DNA of 64,000 nt from Phycisphaerae bacterium (GTDB taxonomy: Bacteria; Planctomycetota; Phycisphaerae; UBA1845; Fen-1342). Of this stretch, positions 38,066 to 48,494 are shown one piece after another. The position numbers were made by a program, and so were the translations under genes. The notes beneath the pieces were generated by a model that did not search any database, was not told where the DNA came from, and worked only from the letters and a program-made list of their open reading frames with translations. Location: assembly GCA_963675745.2 (NCBI GenBank), contig CAXXWX010000028.1, positions 1 to 64,000 on the forward strand. Reading direction: 5' to 3'. How positions within the stretch are numbered: the stretch's first letter is position 1; every line of letters begins with the position of its first letter.

Positions 38066-38839
38066 ATGGGCCCTGAAGCAAACACCAAGGTCGTCGTGCT
38101 GGGAGTGCCGATCGATGCGCTGACCATGGACCAGATGGTCGCGCATGCCGCGCGCGTGATCGAACAGCGCGAGCATATGCTCGTCGGCGTGGTCAACGCC
38201 GCCAAGCTGGTGAACATGCATCGCCAGCCGAAGCTGCGGGCCGCCGTCACCGCCGCTGACGTGATTCTGGCTGACGGTATGGGAGTCGTGTGGGCCGCCC
38301 GTTTTCTGCGGCTGCCGTTGCCGGAACGCGTGCCGGGCATTGACTTGATGATGCGTCTGTTGGCGCTGGCGCACGAGCGGCGTCACCGAGTCTTCTGTCT
38401 TGGCGCAACGCAAGAGGTGCTGGACGAGGTACTCGCGCAGATTCGGCGCGACTATCCCGGTGTGCAAATCGCCGGCGCGCACCACGGATACTTCGACGAG
38501 GCCAACGATCAGGATGTCGCCGAACAGATCATGTCGGCCAAGCCGGATATGCTCTTCGCGGCCATGAGCTCACCGAAAAAGGAGGAGTTTCTGGCGCGCT
38601 GGAGCAAGCAGATGAACGTGCCGGTGTGTCACGGGGTGGGCGGCGCGTTCGATGTGATGGCGGGCAAGGTCCGCCGCGCTCCGCACATTTGGCAGCGTCT
38701 GGGTATGGAGTGGCTCTATCGCACGCTGCAGGAGCCGAGGCGGCTGTGGCGACGATATCTGGTAACGAATACACTGTTCGGGTGGATGGTGTTGCGGCAG
38801 TGGCTGGGGGCGCGACACCATGCGGAGGCGCTTCATTGA
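38066..38839 (+). CDS. WecB/TagA/CpsF family glycosyltransferase
   Basis: NAAK, ADGMGVVWA, ERVPGIDL, HHGYF, SPKKE, GVGGAFD, RAP, GMEWLYR.LQEPRRL. Confidence 0.95.
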   Translation: MGPEANTKVVVLGVPIDALTMDQMVAHAARVIEQREHMLVGVVNAAKLVNMHRQPKLRAAVTAADVILADGMGVVWAARFLRLPLPERVPGIDLMMRLLALAHERRHRVFCLGATQEVLDEVLAQIRRDYPGVQIAGAHHGYFDEANDQDVAEQIMSAKPDMLFAAMSSPKKEEFLARWSKQMNVPVCHGVGGAFDVMAGKVRRAPHIWQRLGMEWLYRTLQEPRRLWRRYLVTNTLFGWMVLRQWLGARHHAEALH

Positions 38840-38900
38840 CGGGTGCCATGACGCCGGACACAACCGCGTCCGCGCGACCGGTAGGGCGCCACGAGAGACC

Positions 38901-40187
38901 ATGGCCCAGGAAGTGAATCCAGTGGAGTCCTGCGCGACGCAGCGCGCCGAGCCGGATGCACCGCTGTGCGGGGTGACGCCGGCCGGTGGCGCATCTCCCG
39001 CTGCCCCCATCCGCCTGATGTATCTGATCAGCAGTCTCGAGCATGGCGGTGCCGAGCGCCAGGTGGTACTGCTCGCCAATCGACTGGATCCCGCACGTTT
39101 TGATGTGACAGTGTGCTCGCTGGCGCCGTATGTCCCGCTGGCGGCCACCTTGCGCGACCGCGAACGAAGGCTGCACATCGTCGAGAAACGTTGGAAGGCT
39201 GACGTCGGCCTCGTACGACGCGTCGCCCGACTGATGCGCGCACAGCGCACGCAGGCTGTGCATTGCTTCCTGTTCGATGCCGAGATGGTCGGTAGACTGG
39301 CGGCGTTACTGGCCGGCCGGCCGGTAGTCTTCGCTTCCGAACGCAACACCGACTATGTCATGCCCAAGTCGCACTGGATCGGGCGACGGCTGACACGCTC
39401 GTGCTTTGACCTGATGATCGCCAATTCGGAGGCCGGAAAGCGCTTTAACATGCGTACGCTCGGCATTGCTGAAGACCGTATCCACGTTATCCGCAACGGC
39501 GTTGATCTGGAGCGGTTTCAACCTGTCGACAGGCTGGTGGCGCGGGCATCACTCGAACTGCCGGCCGACGTGCCCGTAATCGGGATGATCGCAACGTTCA
39601 AGCGGCAGAAAAACCACGGCGACTTCCTGCGCGCGGCCGAGCGCCTGCACAAACGCTTCCCCGAGGCGCTGTTCGTATGCGTCGGTGAGCCAATGCGGGC
39701 CAACCAACAGGGCGCCGCAACCTATCACGGCGAGATCCTCACGTTGCTCGAAACACTGTCCGTGAAGAAACAGTGTCGATTCCTGGGCACACGCGACGAC
39801 ATGCCCGCTGTCTACAGCGCTCTGGACATCCTCGTGCTGCCCTCCGAGCGCGAAGGAACACCTAATGTGCTGCTCGAAGCGATGGCCTGCGGTACGCCGG
39901 TAGTGGCCACCGATGTGGCAGACAACGCGGCTGTCGCACCGGACGGCCAAGTCGGTTACATCGTGCCCTTTGGAGATGTTGACGCTCTGACCAACCGGCT
40001 GGAACGACTGTTGTTGGACGTGGAAACCCGTCACGCATTCGGGCGCGCCGCGCGCGCCTGGGTCAGTTGCGAATTCTCCACCGACCGTCTGGTCGAGCAA
40101 ATGAGCGCTGCTTATGACAACACCGTGCGACGCGTGCGCTCGAGTGGCGCGCGGCGCCCAGCGGTATCGACCGCCCAGGCGGATTGA
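38901..40187 (+). CDS. Glycosyltransferase family 4
   Basis: GGAERQ, NGVD, KNH, EGTPNVLLEAMACG.PVVATDV; start uncertain. Confidence 0.9.
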   Translation: MAQEVNPVESCATQRAEPDAPLCGVTPAGGASPAAPIRLMYLISSLEHGGAERQVVLLANRLDPARFDVTVCSLAPYVPLAATLRDRERRLHIVEKRWKADVGLVRRVARLMRAQRTQAVHCFLFDAEMVGRLAALLAGRPVVFASERNTDYVMPKSHWIGRRLTRSCFDLMIANSEAGKRFNMRTLGIAEDRIHVIRNGVDLERFQPVDRLVARASLELPADVPVIGMIATFKRQKNHGDFLRAAERLHKRFPEALFVCVGEPMRANQQGAATYHGEILTLLETLSVKKQCRFLGTRDDMPAVYSALDILVLPSEREGTPNVLLEAMACGTPVVATDVADNAAVAPDGQVGYIVPFGDVDALTNRLERLLLDVETRHAFGRAARAWVSCEFSTDRLVEQMSAAYDNTVRRVRSSGARRPAVSTAQAD

Positions 40188-40358
40188 CCAACAAGGGAAA
40201 CGAATCACGAGCGTGTATGACTGGCTCAAAGCGACACTCGCCCACTCGATGCTCATGATGATTCTCATGACCGTGGCGAGCACACCGCGCCGTGTTTCAC
40301 AGACAACGCAGGGACGCGTTCCCTATGTTCCATTCGAGCAGTTGACCTTTCCGACCCC

Positions 40359-41741
40359 ATGACGATTGCACACGCGACAACCCAGGATGAAAGCCCGGCG
40401 ACGTCCGTGCCACCATGCTGCACGCGTTCCACCCCCCCACCCAATCCACTGGTCTCCTGGGTGGCCCGCATCATCGTGACCGGCATCTACACCGCCGTCG
40501 CGCTGGTTGTACACACCGGCACGTGCATCCGGCGGCTTCTGCGCCTGGGCGTGCGCGGTCAACGGGCCAACCAGCGATGCCTGTTGCTGACGGGTACGTT
40601 TTACAACCGTGGGTGGTTTTGCTCACACGTGTTGCCATTCACGCGCGTGGCCGAGCTCGATGAGGTCATCGTCGTGGGTGACGAGCCGCTGTTTCAACTG
40701 GACAAAGTTACCTACGCGTATCCTCCGGCGTGGCTCAAGCGTGTTCTCGGGCGCGGCGGTGCCCGCCTGCTGCTGATTCTGTACACGGCCTGGCGACGGC
40801 GCCCGGCGACGCTGATGGGCTATCACGTCATGCCCAACGGCCTGTTCTGCCTGATCGCCGCCAAAATCCTGGGTTTGCGCGCCATTTACCAGATGACCGG
40901 CGGCCCGATTCAAGTCTGGGGTGGCGGACACGGCAGCGAGAATATTCTCCTGCGACAACTCGGGCGGCCCTCCTCGCTGCGGCAAGCGTTGCTGTATCAC
41001 ATCGTGCGGCAGTTTGACGCCGTCGTTGTCCGCGGCCGCCGCGCGCGGGAGTTTGTGCGCTCGAATCGGCTCGCGATGCGCTGCCTGATCGTCCCTGGCA
41101 GCGTGGACTGCGAGCGTTTCGCTCCAGGCAGCGGCAAAAAGACGTACGACCTGGTCTGCGTCGGACGGCTGGTTTCAGTGAAGCGCTATGACCGGGTGGT
41201 ACGGCTGGTTGCCGCATTGAATGAGCACGGAACCGCGGTGCGCGTGGCCATCATTGGAGACGGCCCGTTGCTGGCTGAGACTCAGGCGCTCGCAAGCGAG
41301 CTCGGCGTCAGCGAACAGCTCGAGTTCCTCGGCAAGCGTCAGGATGTGGACGAGTGCCTGAAGCAGGCGCGCGCCTTTCTGATAACATCTGAGAATGAAG
41401 GGCTTTCTATTGCGATGATCGAAGCGATGGCCGCCGGTTTGCCGGCCCTCGCCCCCGATGTCGGCGACCTGAGCGATCTGTTGATTGACGGCGAAACCGG
41501 CCTGTTCTTTGATCCGGAGAACCTGGAATCAGAGGCCGCCGGCATCGCCGCGCTGCTGGCGGACAGCGGGCGCCTGGCCCGAATGTCCGCGGCGGCGCGG
41601 CGCGCCGCGGTCGACCATGCCAGCATAGAAGCGGTCGCGGCGCGCTGGTCGCACCACCTGACATCCGCCATGTCAGACGTTACAACGATCGCCGAGTCCG
41701 GCGCGACGCACGCGCACGGCGCAAGCTCGAAGTCCACCTGA
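40359..41741 (+). CDS. Glycosyltransferase family 4
   Basis: VGRLVSVKR, GDGPL, SENEGLSIAMIEAMAAG. Confidence 0.88.
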   Translation: MTIAHATTQDESPATSVPPCCTRSTPPPNPLVSWVARIIVTGIYTAVALVVHTGTCIRRLLRLGVRGQRANQRCLLLTGTFYNRGWFCSHVLPFTRVAELDEVIVVGDEPLFQLDKVTYAYPPAWLKRVLGRGGARLLLILYTAWRRRPATLMGYHVMPNGLFCLIAAKILGLRAIYQMTGGPIQVWGGGHGSENILLRQLGRPSSLRQALLYHIVRQFDAVVVRGRRAREFVRSNRLAMRCLIVPGSVDCERFAPGSGKKTYDLVCVGRLVSVKRYDRVVRLVAALNEHGTAVRVAIIGDGPLLAETQALASELGVSEQLEFLGKRQDVDECLKQARAFLITSENEGLSIAMIEAMAAGLPALAPDVGDLSDLLIDGETGLFFDPENLESEAAGIAALLADSGRLARMSAAARRAAVDHASIEAVAARWSHHLTSAMSDVTTIAESGATHAHGASSKST

Positions 41742-41757
41742 TCCTGCTGAGTCACAG

Positions 41758-43182
41758 ATGGCCGCGCTGTCAAAGAAGAACATCTGGGAAGCAACGCCGG
41801 TATGTGTCAAGCAGACCGTGGGGCGCGTTGTGGGTCTGCTCCCACCGCGGTTGCTGCTCGGGCGGCGTTTCCGTGAGATGCAGCGCCTGGTCGAGTCCTC
41901 GCACTCGTGGTCGGCGGAACAGGCGCGCGAGTTTCAGCTCTCGCATCTTCGTCAGGCCCTCAGCCTGGCCTATGACAAGACCAGTCACTACCGCCGCTCC
42001 TTCGACGCGGTCGGGTTTGACCCGCGCGACCTCAAATCACCCGAGCAACTCGCGCTCTTACCGACCATCGACAAACAGACAGTCCGCGACCACCTCAACG
42101 AGTTGGCCACAATGCCGCTGACCTCGCGCGGCATCGATCGGGTATCCACCGGCGGAAGCAGCGGCCAGCCGTTGCGTTTCTACATCGATGCGAATCGTTC
42201 CGCCGCCGAATACGCCCACCTTGTGGCCGGCTGGCAGCGCATCGGGTATCGCCTTGATATCCCGCAGGTCGTCATTCGCGGACAGGTCGTTCCGCCGGAC
42301 CGGCGCGGCCTGCGCCACATGTACGACCCGGTGCTAAGACGCCATTATTACAGCAACTTCCACATGTCGGATGAGAACATGGGGCGGTACGTCGAGCACC
42401 TGCGCACGGTGGGCCCCTGCTTTCTGCACGTGTACCCGTCGTCGATAACGATGTTGACGTGTTTCATCATGCGCGCGGGGCTCGAACCGCCGCGCAACGT
42501 CAAGGGTGTGCTGGCCGGCTCGGAGAATGTCTACGCCGAGGATCGGGCCACGGTCGAACGGGTCTGGGGCGTCCCGTACCACTCCTGGTACGGTCACTCT
42601 GAAAAACTGGTGCTGGCGGCCGAGTGTGAGCACACGCGTAACTACCACGTCTGGCCGACGTATGGTTACTTCGAATTGCTGGACGACGATGGCAAGCCGA
42701 TCACGACGCCCGGTGTGCGTGGTGAGATCGTGGGAACGGGGTTCATCAACACCGTGATGCCGTTCATACGCTACCGCACGGGGGACTACGCGACGTTTGT
42801 TGGCGATCGATGTGTAGAATGTGGCCGGGAACACCCGATAATATCTGATATAGAAGGACGCTGGCCGTCAGGGGCCCTGGTCGCCGCTGACGGCGCGCTG
42901 GTCACTACGACAGCGCTGAACGTGCATGACGACACATTCGAGCGCGTGCGGCAGTATCAGTTTTACCAGGATACGATCGGTGAGGTCACCGTCCGCGTCG
43001 TGCCCACGGAGGATTACTCCGATGATGATCATGACAGAATCCTGCGCACGCTCGAACGTCGCCTGGGTCGGCGCATGCTGCTGAAGATCGAGGTTCGGGA
43101 GACGCTCCCACTGACGCAGCGCGGCAAGGCGGTCTGGGTCGTGCAGAAACTCGACGTCGGTAAACTGTCCCGCCAGGAGTAG
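41758..43182 (+). CDS. Phenylacetate-CoA ligase-like / CapK-like adenylate-forming enzyme
   Basis: STGGSSGQP, YGHSE, MPFIRYRTGD, IEGR, T.RGK. Confidence 0.88.
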   Translation: MAALSKKNIWEATPVCVKQTVGRVVGLLPPRLLLGRRFREMQRLVESSHSWSAEQAREFQLSHLRQALSLAYDKTSHYRRSFDAVGFDPRDLKSPEQLALLPTIDKQTVRDHLNELATMPLTSRGIDRVSTGGSSGQPLRFYIDANRSAAEYAHLVAGWQRIGYRLDIPQVVIRGQVVPPDRRGLRHMYDPVLRRHYYSNFHMSDENMGRYVEHLRTVGPCFLHVYPSSITMLTCFIMRAGLEPPRNVKGVLAGSENVYAEDRATVERVWGVPYHSWYGHSEKLVLAAECEHTRNYHVWPTYGYFELLDDDGKPITTPGVRGEIVGTGFINTVMPFIRYRTGDYATFVGDRCVECGREHPIISDIEGRWPSGALVAADGALVTTTALNVHDDTFERVRQYQFYQDTIGEVTVRVVPTEDYSDDDHDRILRTLERRLGRRMLLKIEVRETLPLTQRGKAVWVVQKLDVGKLSRQE

Positions 43183-43188
43183 ACCATC

Positions 43189-45369
43189 GTGAAACAGGTT
43201 GTCCAGAACTACAACAGCGGCGAGCTGTGGATCGAAGATGTACCCACGCCGCTCTGCAAATCGGGCGGTGTGCTGGTACGTTCGGCGTATTCACTGGTCA
43301 GCATCGGCACCGAGCGCATGAAGGTCACGCAGGCCCGCATGAGCAAGCTGCAAATGGCCCGCGCGCGACCCGACAAGGTCAAACAGGTCATCGAGACCGT
43401 CCGGCAGACCGGCGTGATTGAGACCTACAAAAAGGTGCGCGAGCGGCTCGATGCGCTCACGCCGCTGGGCTACAGCCTGGCCGGCGTTGTCGAGGAAGTC
43501 GGCGCCGGGTTGGATGAATTCCGGGTCGGCGACCGCGTCGCCTGCGCGGGCGAGAAGATCGCCTGCCACGCCGACTTCGTCTCCGTGCCGCGCAATCTAT
43601 GTGTGCATGTGCCGGACGCCGTCGACCTGAAGGACGCGGCCTTTGCCACAGTCGGCGCAATCGCCATGCAGGGCGTGCGGCAATCGGGAGTGATGCTGGG
43701 CGATACCGTGCTGGTGGTCGGGCTGGGCCTGGTCGGGCTCCTGGGAGTGCAGATTCTCAAGGCGGCCGGCTGTCAAGTGATCGGCGTGGATCTCGACCCA
43801 AAGAAGGTCGAGTTGGCCCGCAGATGCGGCGCCGACCTGGCCGTCACGCGCGACAACACCGGGCTGAACGACGACCTGGCGCGCTTCACCGGCGGACGTG
43901 GTCCCGACGTCGGCTACATCGCCGCAAGCGCCAACACCGCCGACCCGATGGCGCTGGCCGGCGAGGTGGTGCGCGACCGCGGCAGGGTCGTCATCGTCGG
44001 AATGGTCAAGGTCGAAGCCGACTGGCAGGTCTACTACGAGAAGGAACTGTCGGTCGTCATGTCGCGCTCGTACGGCCCCGGTCGTTACGATCCCAACTTC
44101 GAGCAGAAGGGCATCGACTATCCGGTGGGCTACGTGCCCTGGACCCAGCGACGCAACATGGAGGAGTTTCTGCGGCTGATCGGCGCCGGACATGTCGATC
44201 CACAGGTTATGACGCCACAGGTCTATGACTTCGCCAACGCGCCGGAGGCGTATGACCGCGTAAGCGGCAAGTCGGGCGCGGCGGCGCCGATAGCGATCCT
44301 GTTCGAGTATCCGCCCGACGCACCAAAGTCGTTGAGTGTGACATTGCCAGCCACCGCGGCGCGGCGTCCACCGACCGCCGGCCAGGTGAACGTCAGCCTG
44401 GTCGGGGCGGGCAACTTCGCCACGGGCACATTGATACCCGCGCTGAAGAGCATCCCCGAGGCACGCCTGAGAACGATCTGTTCGGCACGCGGGCTTTCAG
44501 CGGCGAGCGCGGCCCGGCGTCATGGCTTTGCGCACGCGGCCAGCGATCTTCAGGAACTGCTCACCGACGTCGATACGCACGCCGTCGTGATCGCCACGCG
44601 CCATGACACGCATGCGCATTTCACCGGCGACGCGCTGCGCGCGGGCAAGCACGTGTTCGTTGAGAAGCCACTGGCCCTGACACGTGAACAGCTCGACAAC
44701 GTGATTGCCGCACAGGCGCAAAGCGATCGGATTGTGCTGCCGGGCTTCAACAGGCGCTTCAGCCCGCTCAGTGAAGCCGTCCAGACGTTCTTCTCCGGTC
44801 GCACGAGCCCCATCGAAGTGGTGTGCCGCGTCAACGCCGGCGCTTTGGGGTCCAGTTCGTGGTATCAGGATGCGGATGAGGGCGGCTGGCGCATCATCAG
44901 CGAGGGCTGCCACTTCGTCGACCTGATTCAATACCTCTGCCAGTCCCCGCCCGTGTGGGTAAGCGCGACTATGATCGGCGGAGCGGCGCGCGGTCAGCAG
45001 AACGACAACTGTGCCGTCACGCTGCGCATGGCGGATGGGTCGCTGGCCGTGTTGATCTACATCGCCAATGGCGACTCCTCGTTCGAAAAGGAGCGTATTG
45101 AGGTTTTCGGCCAGGGTCGCGTCGCGGTCATCGAGAATTGGCACGTCGCGCGCCTGGTCGCCAATGGACATACAGAAAAGGTCAGACCCCACGGTTCGGG
45201 CAAGGGCCACGGCCATGAAATGGCCGCATTCATCAACGCCATCCAAACCGGCCATCCGTCGCCACTACCATTCGATCAGGCGGTGGCGACCACACTGGCA
45301 ACCTTTGCCGCCGCCGAATCGTTGACCAGCGGCCAGCCGGTGGAGTTGCCCGCACTGATGGGGACGTGA
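43189..45369 (+). CDS. Bi-domain oxidoreductase (MDR-type dehydrogenase + Gfo/Idh/MocA)
   Basis: PLGYS, GLGLVG, SRSYGPGRYD, WTQRRN, GAGNF, EKPLA, GFNRRFSP, EGCHFVD, KGH. Confidence 0.92.
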   Translation: MKQVVQNYNSGELWIEDVPTPLCKSGGVLVRSAYSLVSIGTERMKVTQARMSKLQMARARPDKVKQVIETVRQTGVIETYKKVRERLDALTPLGYSLAGVVEEVGAGLDEFRVGDRVACAGEKIACHADFVSVPRNLCVHVPDAVDLKDAAFATVGAIAMQGVRQSGVMLGDTVLVVGLGLVGLLGVQILKAAGCQVIGVDLDPKKVELARRCGADLAVTRDNTGLNDDLARFTGGRGPDVGYIAASANTADPMALAGEVVRDRGRVVIVGMVKVEADWQVYYEKELSVVMSRSYGPGRYDPNFEQKGIDYPVGYVPWTQRRNMEEFLRLIGAGHVDPQVMTPQVYDFANAPEAYDRVSGKSGAAAPIAILFEYPPDAPKSLSVTLPATAARRPPTAGQVNVSLVGAGNFATGTLIPALKSIPEARLRTICSARGLSAASAARRHGFAHAASDLQELLTDVDTHAVVIATRHDTHAHFTGDALRAGKHVFVEKPLALTREQLDNVIAAQAQSDRIVLPGFNRRFSPLSEAVQTFFSGRTSPIEVVCRVNAGALGSSSWYQDADEGGWRIISEGCHFVDLIQYLCQSPPVWVSATMIGGAARGQQNDNCAVTLRMADGSLAVLIYIANGDSSFEKERIEVFGQGRVAVIENWHVARLVANGHTEKVRPHGSGKGHGHEMAAFINAIQTGHPSPLPFDQAVATTLATFAAAESLTSGQPVELPALMGT

Positions 45370-46154
45370 ATGTGGAGAGAGACGCCACGATGCCGACCAC
45401 GCAGCAGAAATGCAAGGCAATCCGCAATCGGCTTTATCCGGAGTCGGAGTGGCCAAGTGTGCGGCATCGGGGGAACATCCTGAATCATGCCTCTCCCGAG
45501 CTGGTCTACCTGGAGATCGGCGCCGGGCGGATGGGTAGGCTGCTGCGTCAGGTGGCTCCGCGATTCAAATTTGCATGGGGAATGGACTATGAAGCGGAGG
45601 GCGATGCTGACGCGAATGGCCGCTGGAAGCTGATTCAGGGCGATGCCCACAAGCTGCCGTTCGAAGCGAACGAGATCGACGTAATCGCCATGCAGGATGT
45701 GGTTGAGCACCTGGCCGACCCGCACCTGGTGTTCCGCGAGTGCGCCCGGGTGCTGCGGCCGGGCGGGAGTGTGTTGATCGCCACGGTCAATCAGTGGTTT
45801 CCGCCGATCGTGCTGGGCCGGGTGATGCCGCATTGGCTGCGACAAAAACTCAACAAGATCGCCACCGGCACGGCGGAAGAAGACACGTTTCCCGTCTATT
45901 ATCGCGCGAACAGCGCCCGCAGTCTGGTGCGCGCCGCCCAGGCCGCCGGCTTCGAGACGGTCCGCATGGAATATGTGAGTACCCACCCGCAGTACCTGAT
46001 GTTCTCGGTGCTGGTTTATCGCGCCGGAATCGTGATCGAGCGACTCGTTCGACGGTATGAGTGCCTTCGGGGCCTGCGACATTTCCTGCATTGTGAATTC
46101 AGGCTGAAGGACAACCAACCGGCTGGCCGGGTGAGCGACGGAGCTGCACGATGA
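45366..46154 (+). CDS. Class I SAM-dependent methyltransferase
   Basis: LEIGAG, GDAHKLPF, VVEHL.DP, RVLRPGG, EDTFPVYYRAN. Confidence 0.88.
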   Translation: MNVERDATMPTTQQKCKAIRNRLYPESEWPSVRHRGNILNHASPELVYLEIGAGRMGRLLRQVAPRFKFAWGMDYEAEGDADANGRWKLIQGDAHKLPFEANEIDVIAMQDVVEHLADPHLVFRECARVLRPGGSVLIATVNQWFPPIVLGRVMPHWLRQKLNKIATGTAEEDTFPVYYRANSARSLVRAAQAAGFETVRMEYVSTHPQYLMFSVLVYRAGIVIERLVRRYECLRGLRHFLHCEFRLKDNQPAGRVSDGAAR

Positions 46155-46245
46155 GCGATCGGCTGAAGCAGGCGACAGCGCGAGCATACGCCACGCAACC
46201 GGCAATAAGCGGCGGCGTAGCGCCAGCGGCGCGGGAGACACATTC

Positions 46246-47103
46246 GTGAGCAATCCGCCGCCACAGGCCGGCCAGCGCGAGATCGTGCGCGAACACTTCG
46301 ATACCGCCAGCACAGAGTGGGGCCAGCGCTACGAGCGCCAGCCTCGGCGGATGTCCGATCTGGACCTGCAAATGCGGCGTGAGACTGCGCTGGCGATGTT
46401 GGAGGACATCCTGGCCGATGCGCGGACATACCCGCTGGCCGCGTTGGACCTGGGCTGCGGCCCGGGCGGTCTGCTTGCTGGGATCGACGCAAGCCGCCTG
46501 ACGGTGCATGGCGTCGATCTCTCACCCGAGATGATCGAGACGGCCCGGCGCACGTATCGCGATCACGACTACCGGGTCGCCGACGCGACCGATCTTCCAT
46601 ACGCCGACAGCAGCATGGATGTGGTTTTCTCGACAGGTGTGCTCGAGTACATTCCCGAGCCGGAGCGCGTGCTGGCGGAGGTACTACGGATCTTGCGGCC
46701 GGGCGGAAGCTTCGTGGTATCGTTTCCGAATCTCCAGAGCATCATGCGCAGCTTGTCGCGGATGGAGGTGGGCGTCGAACGTTTCACCTGGCGCGCGCTG
46801 CGCCGGCTGCGCGGCCGGTCACTCGAGGGGGATCCCGCGCCGCACTATCGACATAAACAATGGCGGCCACAACATGTGCGACACCTGCTGGAGCGTGCCG
46901 GTTTTACGATTCAGCGACGGGTGTTTCATACGATTGGGCTGTACGGAATGCTCGGTCGACTGTCCGCGAGTCTCTGGCTCTCTCGCGCGCTCTCACGCCG
47001 CCTGCGCGACAAGCCGGCCATTGCCGCGTGGCTTGGGACGACGATGGTGGTTCACGCGCGTGTTGTGAAAGCGTCGGCGCCGGATGGGGGACAGGCGCCA
47101 TGA
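46246..47103 (+). CDS. Class I SAM-dependent methyltransferase
   Basis: LDLGCGPG, GVDLSPEM, ADATDLPY, GVLEY, RILRPGG. Confidence 0.9.
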   Translation: MSNPPPQAGQREIVREHFDTASTEWGQRYERQPRRMSDLDLQMRRETALAMLEDILADARTYPLAALDLGCGPGGLLAGIDASRLTVHGVDLSPEMIETARRTYRDHDYRVADATDLPYADSSMDVVFSTGVLEYIPEPERVLAEVLRILRPGGSFVVSFPNLQSIMRSLSRMEVGVERFTWRALRRLRGRSLEGDPAPHYRHKQWRPQHVRHLLERAGFTIQRRVFHTIGLYGMLGRLSASLWLSRALSRRLRDKPAIAAWLGTTMVVHARVVKASAPDGGQAP

Positions 47104-48494
47104 TCAGACTTAGCGCGCTGGCGATCCTGCTGGTGGTGCTGCTCGTGCTGTCCATGCGGCGCTGGTATTGGGGACTGTGTGGTCTGGTCATGCTGACCGT
47201 GTTGAATCAGCATCCGGACTTTCCCACGAACATCGCGGGAATTCAGGGCGCGAACCCGTGGAATCTCATGCTCGTGATCGTCGTGCTCGCGTGGTTGGCG
47301 CAACACCGCCGCGAACCACCTCGGGCCCGCATGTCGTTCTGGATCGTTGGATTGCTGATCGCGTACATCCTGGTGGTGGCGGGGACGGCGTTGGTGGCCG
47401 TGTTGGACGCGAACGCGTTTGTGCATGGTCCGCGGTCGCCGATCGAGGTTGCCGTTGATGCGTTCGTCAATCCGATCAAGTACCTTGTGGTCGGCATCCT
47501 GTTTTTCGACGGAACGTGTACGCGCGGCCGAGCGCGCCTGGCATTGTTCACGGCCATCGGCAGCGGACTCACCTACGCGTTCCTCGTCTTCAAAAGCATC
47601 CATATGCGCGTATTCACGATCGACTACGCCGATGCGCGACGCCTGACCGACAAGCTGGTCGGCCTGTACGCGAACGACATGGCCGAGTTACTGGCGTTTA
47701 CGATCTGGGCCGGCCTGTTCGTGGTCATTCTGCTCAACCGCAACTGGCAGCGCGCGGTGTGGCTCGGCGCCGTCGCCGTGGCCGTGCCCCCGTTTCTTAT
47801 GCTGAAATCCAGAGCCGGCTACCTCGCGGCGATAATGGTCGGGCTCGTGTTGGGAGTCATGCGTCATCGCTGGCTGCTGATCGCCTTTCCAGTGGCGATC
47901 GTGCTGACCGTCGTCTTCGTACCGAGCGCGCAAGAGCGTTTCATGTCCGGCCTTGGTCAGGGGGACGCTACGGATTGGGATCAAGTTTCGGCGGGGCGGA
48001 CTACATATCTCTGGCCGGCGGCGATCGAACAGATCCGGCGCGCCCCGCTGCTGGGCGATGGGCGCTATGCGATCCAGCGCAATCCAGACGTCTATTTGCG
48101 CATCATGGATTTGGGCGGCCGCAGTATTCCCGCGCATCCACACAACTCATACCTGGAGATCCTGCTCGACGCGGGCATTGTCGGCCTCGCGGTGTGTCTG
48201 GCGTGCGTGATAGGGCTGTTCGTGGCTTCGGCGCGACTTATGTTCATCTCGGAAGATCCGCTCATCCGCACGGCCGGCAAGGTCGCGATAATTGCGCTCG
48301 TCGCCGAATTGGCCGCCGGCGTGGCCGGATCGAGTTTCTACTTCTCGCAAAGCGCCGTCCCCTGTCTCTGCGTTTGGGGCGTAGCACTTCGATCGCACGT
48401 TGAGTTGGCCGCGGCGCGCGCGCGACACCCGGCGATGTTCACGCGGGCCGCTCATGTGACCACCACCAGCACCGCGCGGATGGCAACGAGATGA
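47100..48494 (+). CDS. O-antigen ligase/Wzy-like polymerase family membrane protein
   Basis: Many TM segments; SRAG, SAGRT..W, HPHNSYLE.LLDAGIVG. Confidence 0.85.
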   Translation: MIRLSALAILLVVLLVLSMRRWYWGLCGLVMLTVLNQHPDFPTNIAGIQGANPWNLMLVIVVLAWLAQHRREPPRARMSFWIVGLLIAYILVVAGTALVAVLDANAFVHGPRSPIEVAVDAFVNPIKYLVVGILFFDGTCTRGRARLALFTAIGSGLTYAFLVFKSIHMRVFTIDYADARRLTDKLVGLYANDMAELLAFTIWAGLFVVILLNRNWQRAVWLGAVAVAVPPFLMLKSRAGYLAAIMVGLVLGVMRHRWLLIAFPVAIVLTVVFVPSAQERFMSGLGQGDATDWDQVSAGRTTYLWPAAIEQIRRAPLLGDGRYAIQRNPDVYLRIMDLGGRSIPAHPHNSYLEILLDAGIVGLAVCLACVIGLFVASARLMFISEDPLIRTAGKVAIIALVAELAAGVAGSSFYFSQSAVPCLCVWGVALRSHVELAAARARHPAMFTRAAHVTTTSTARMATR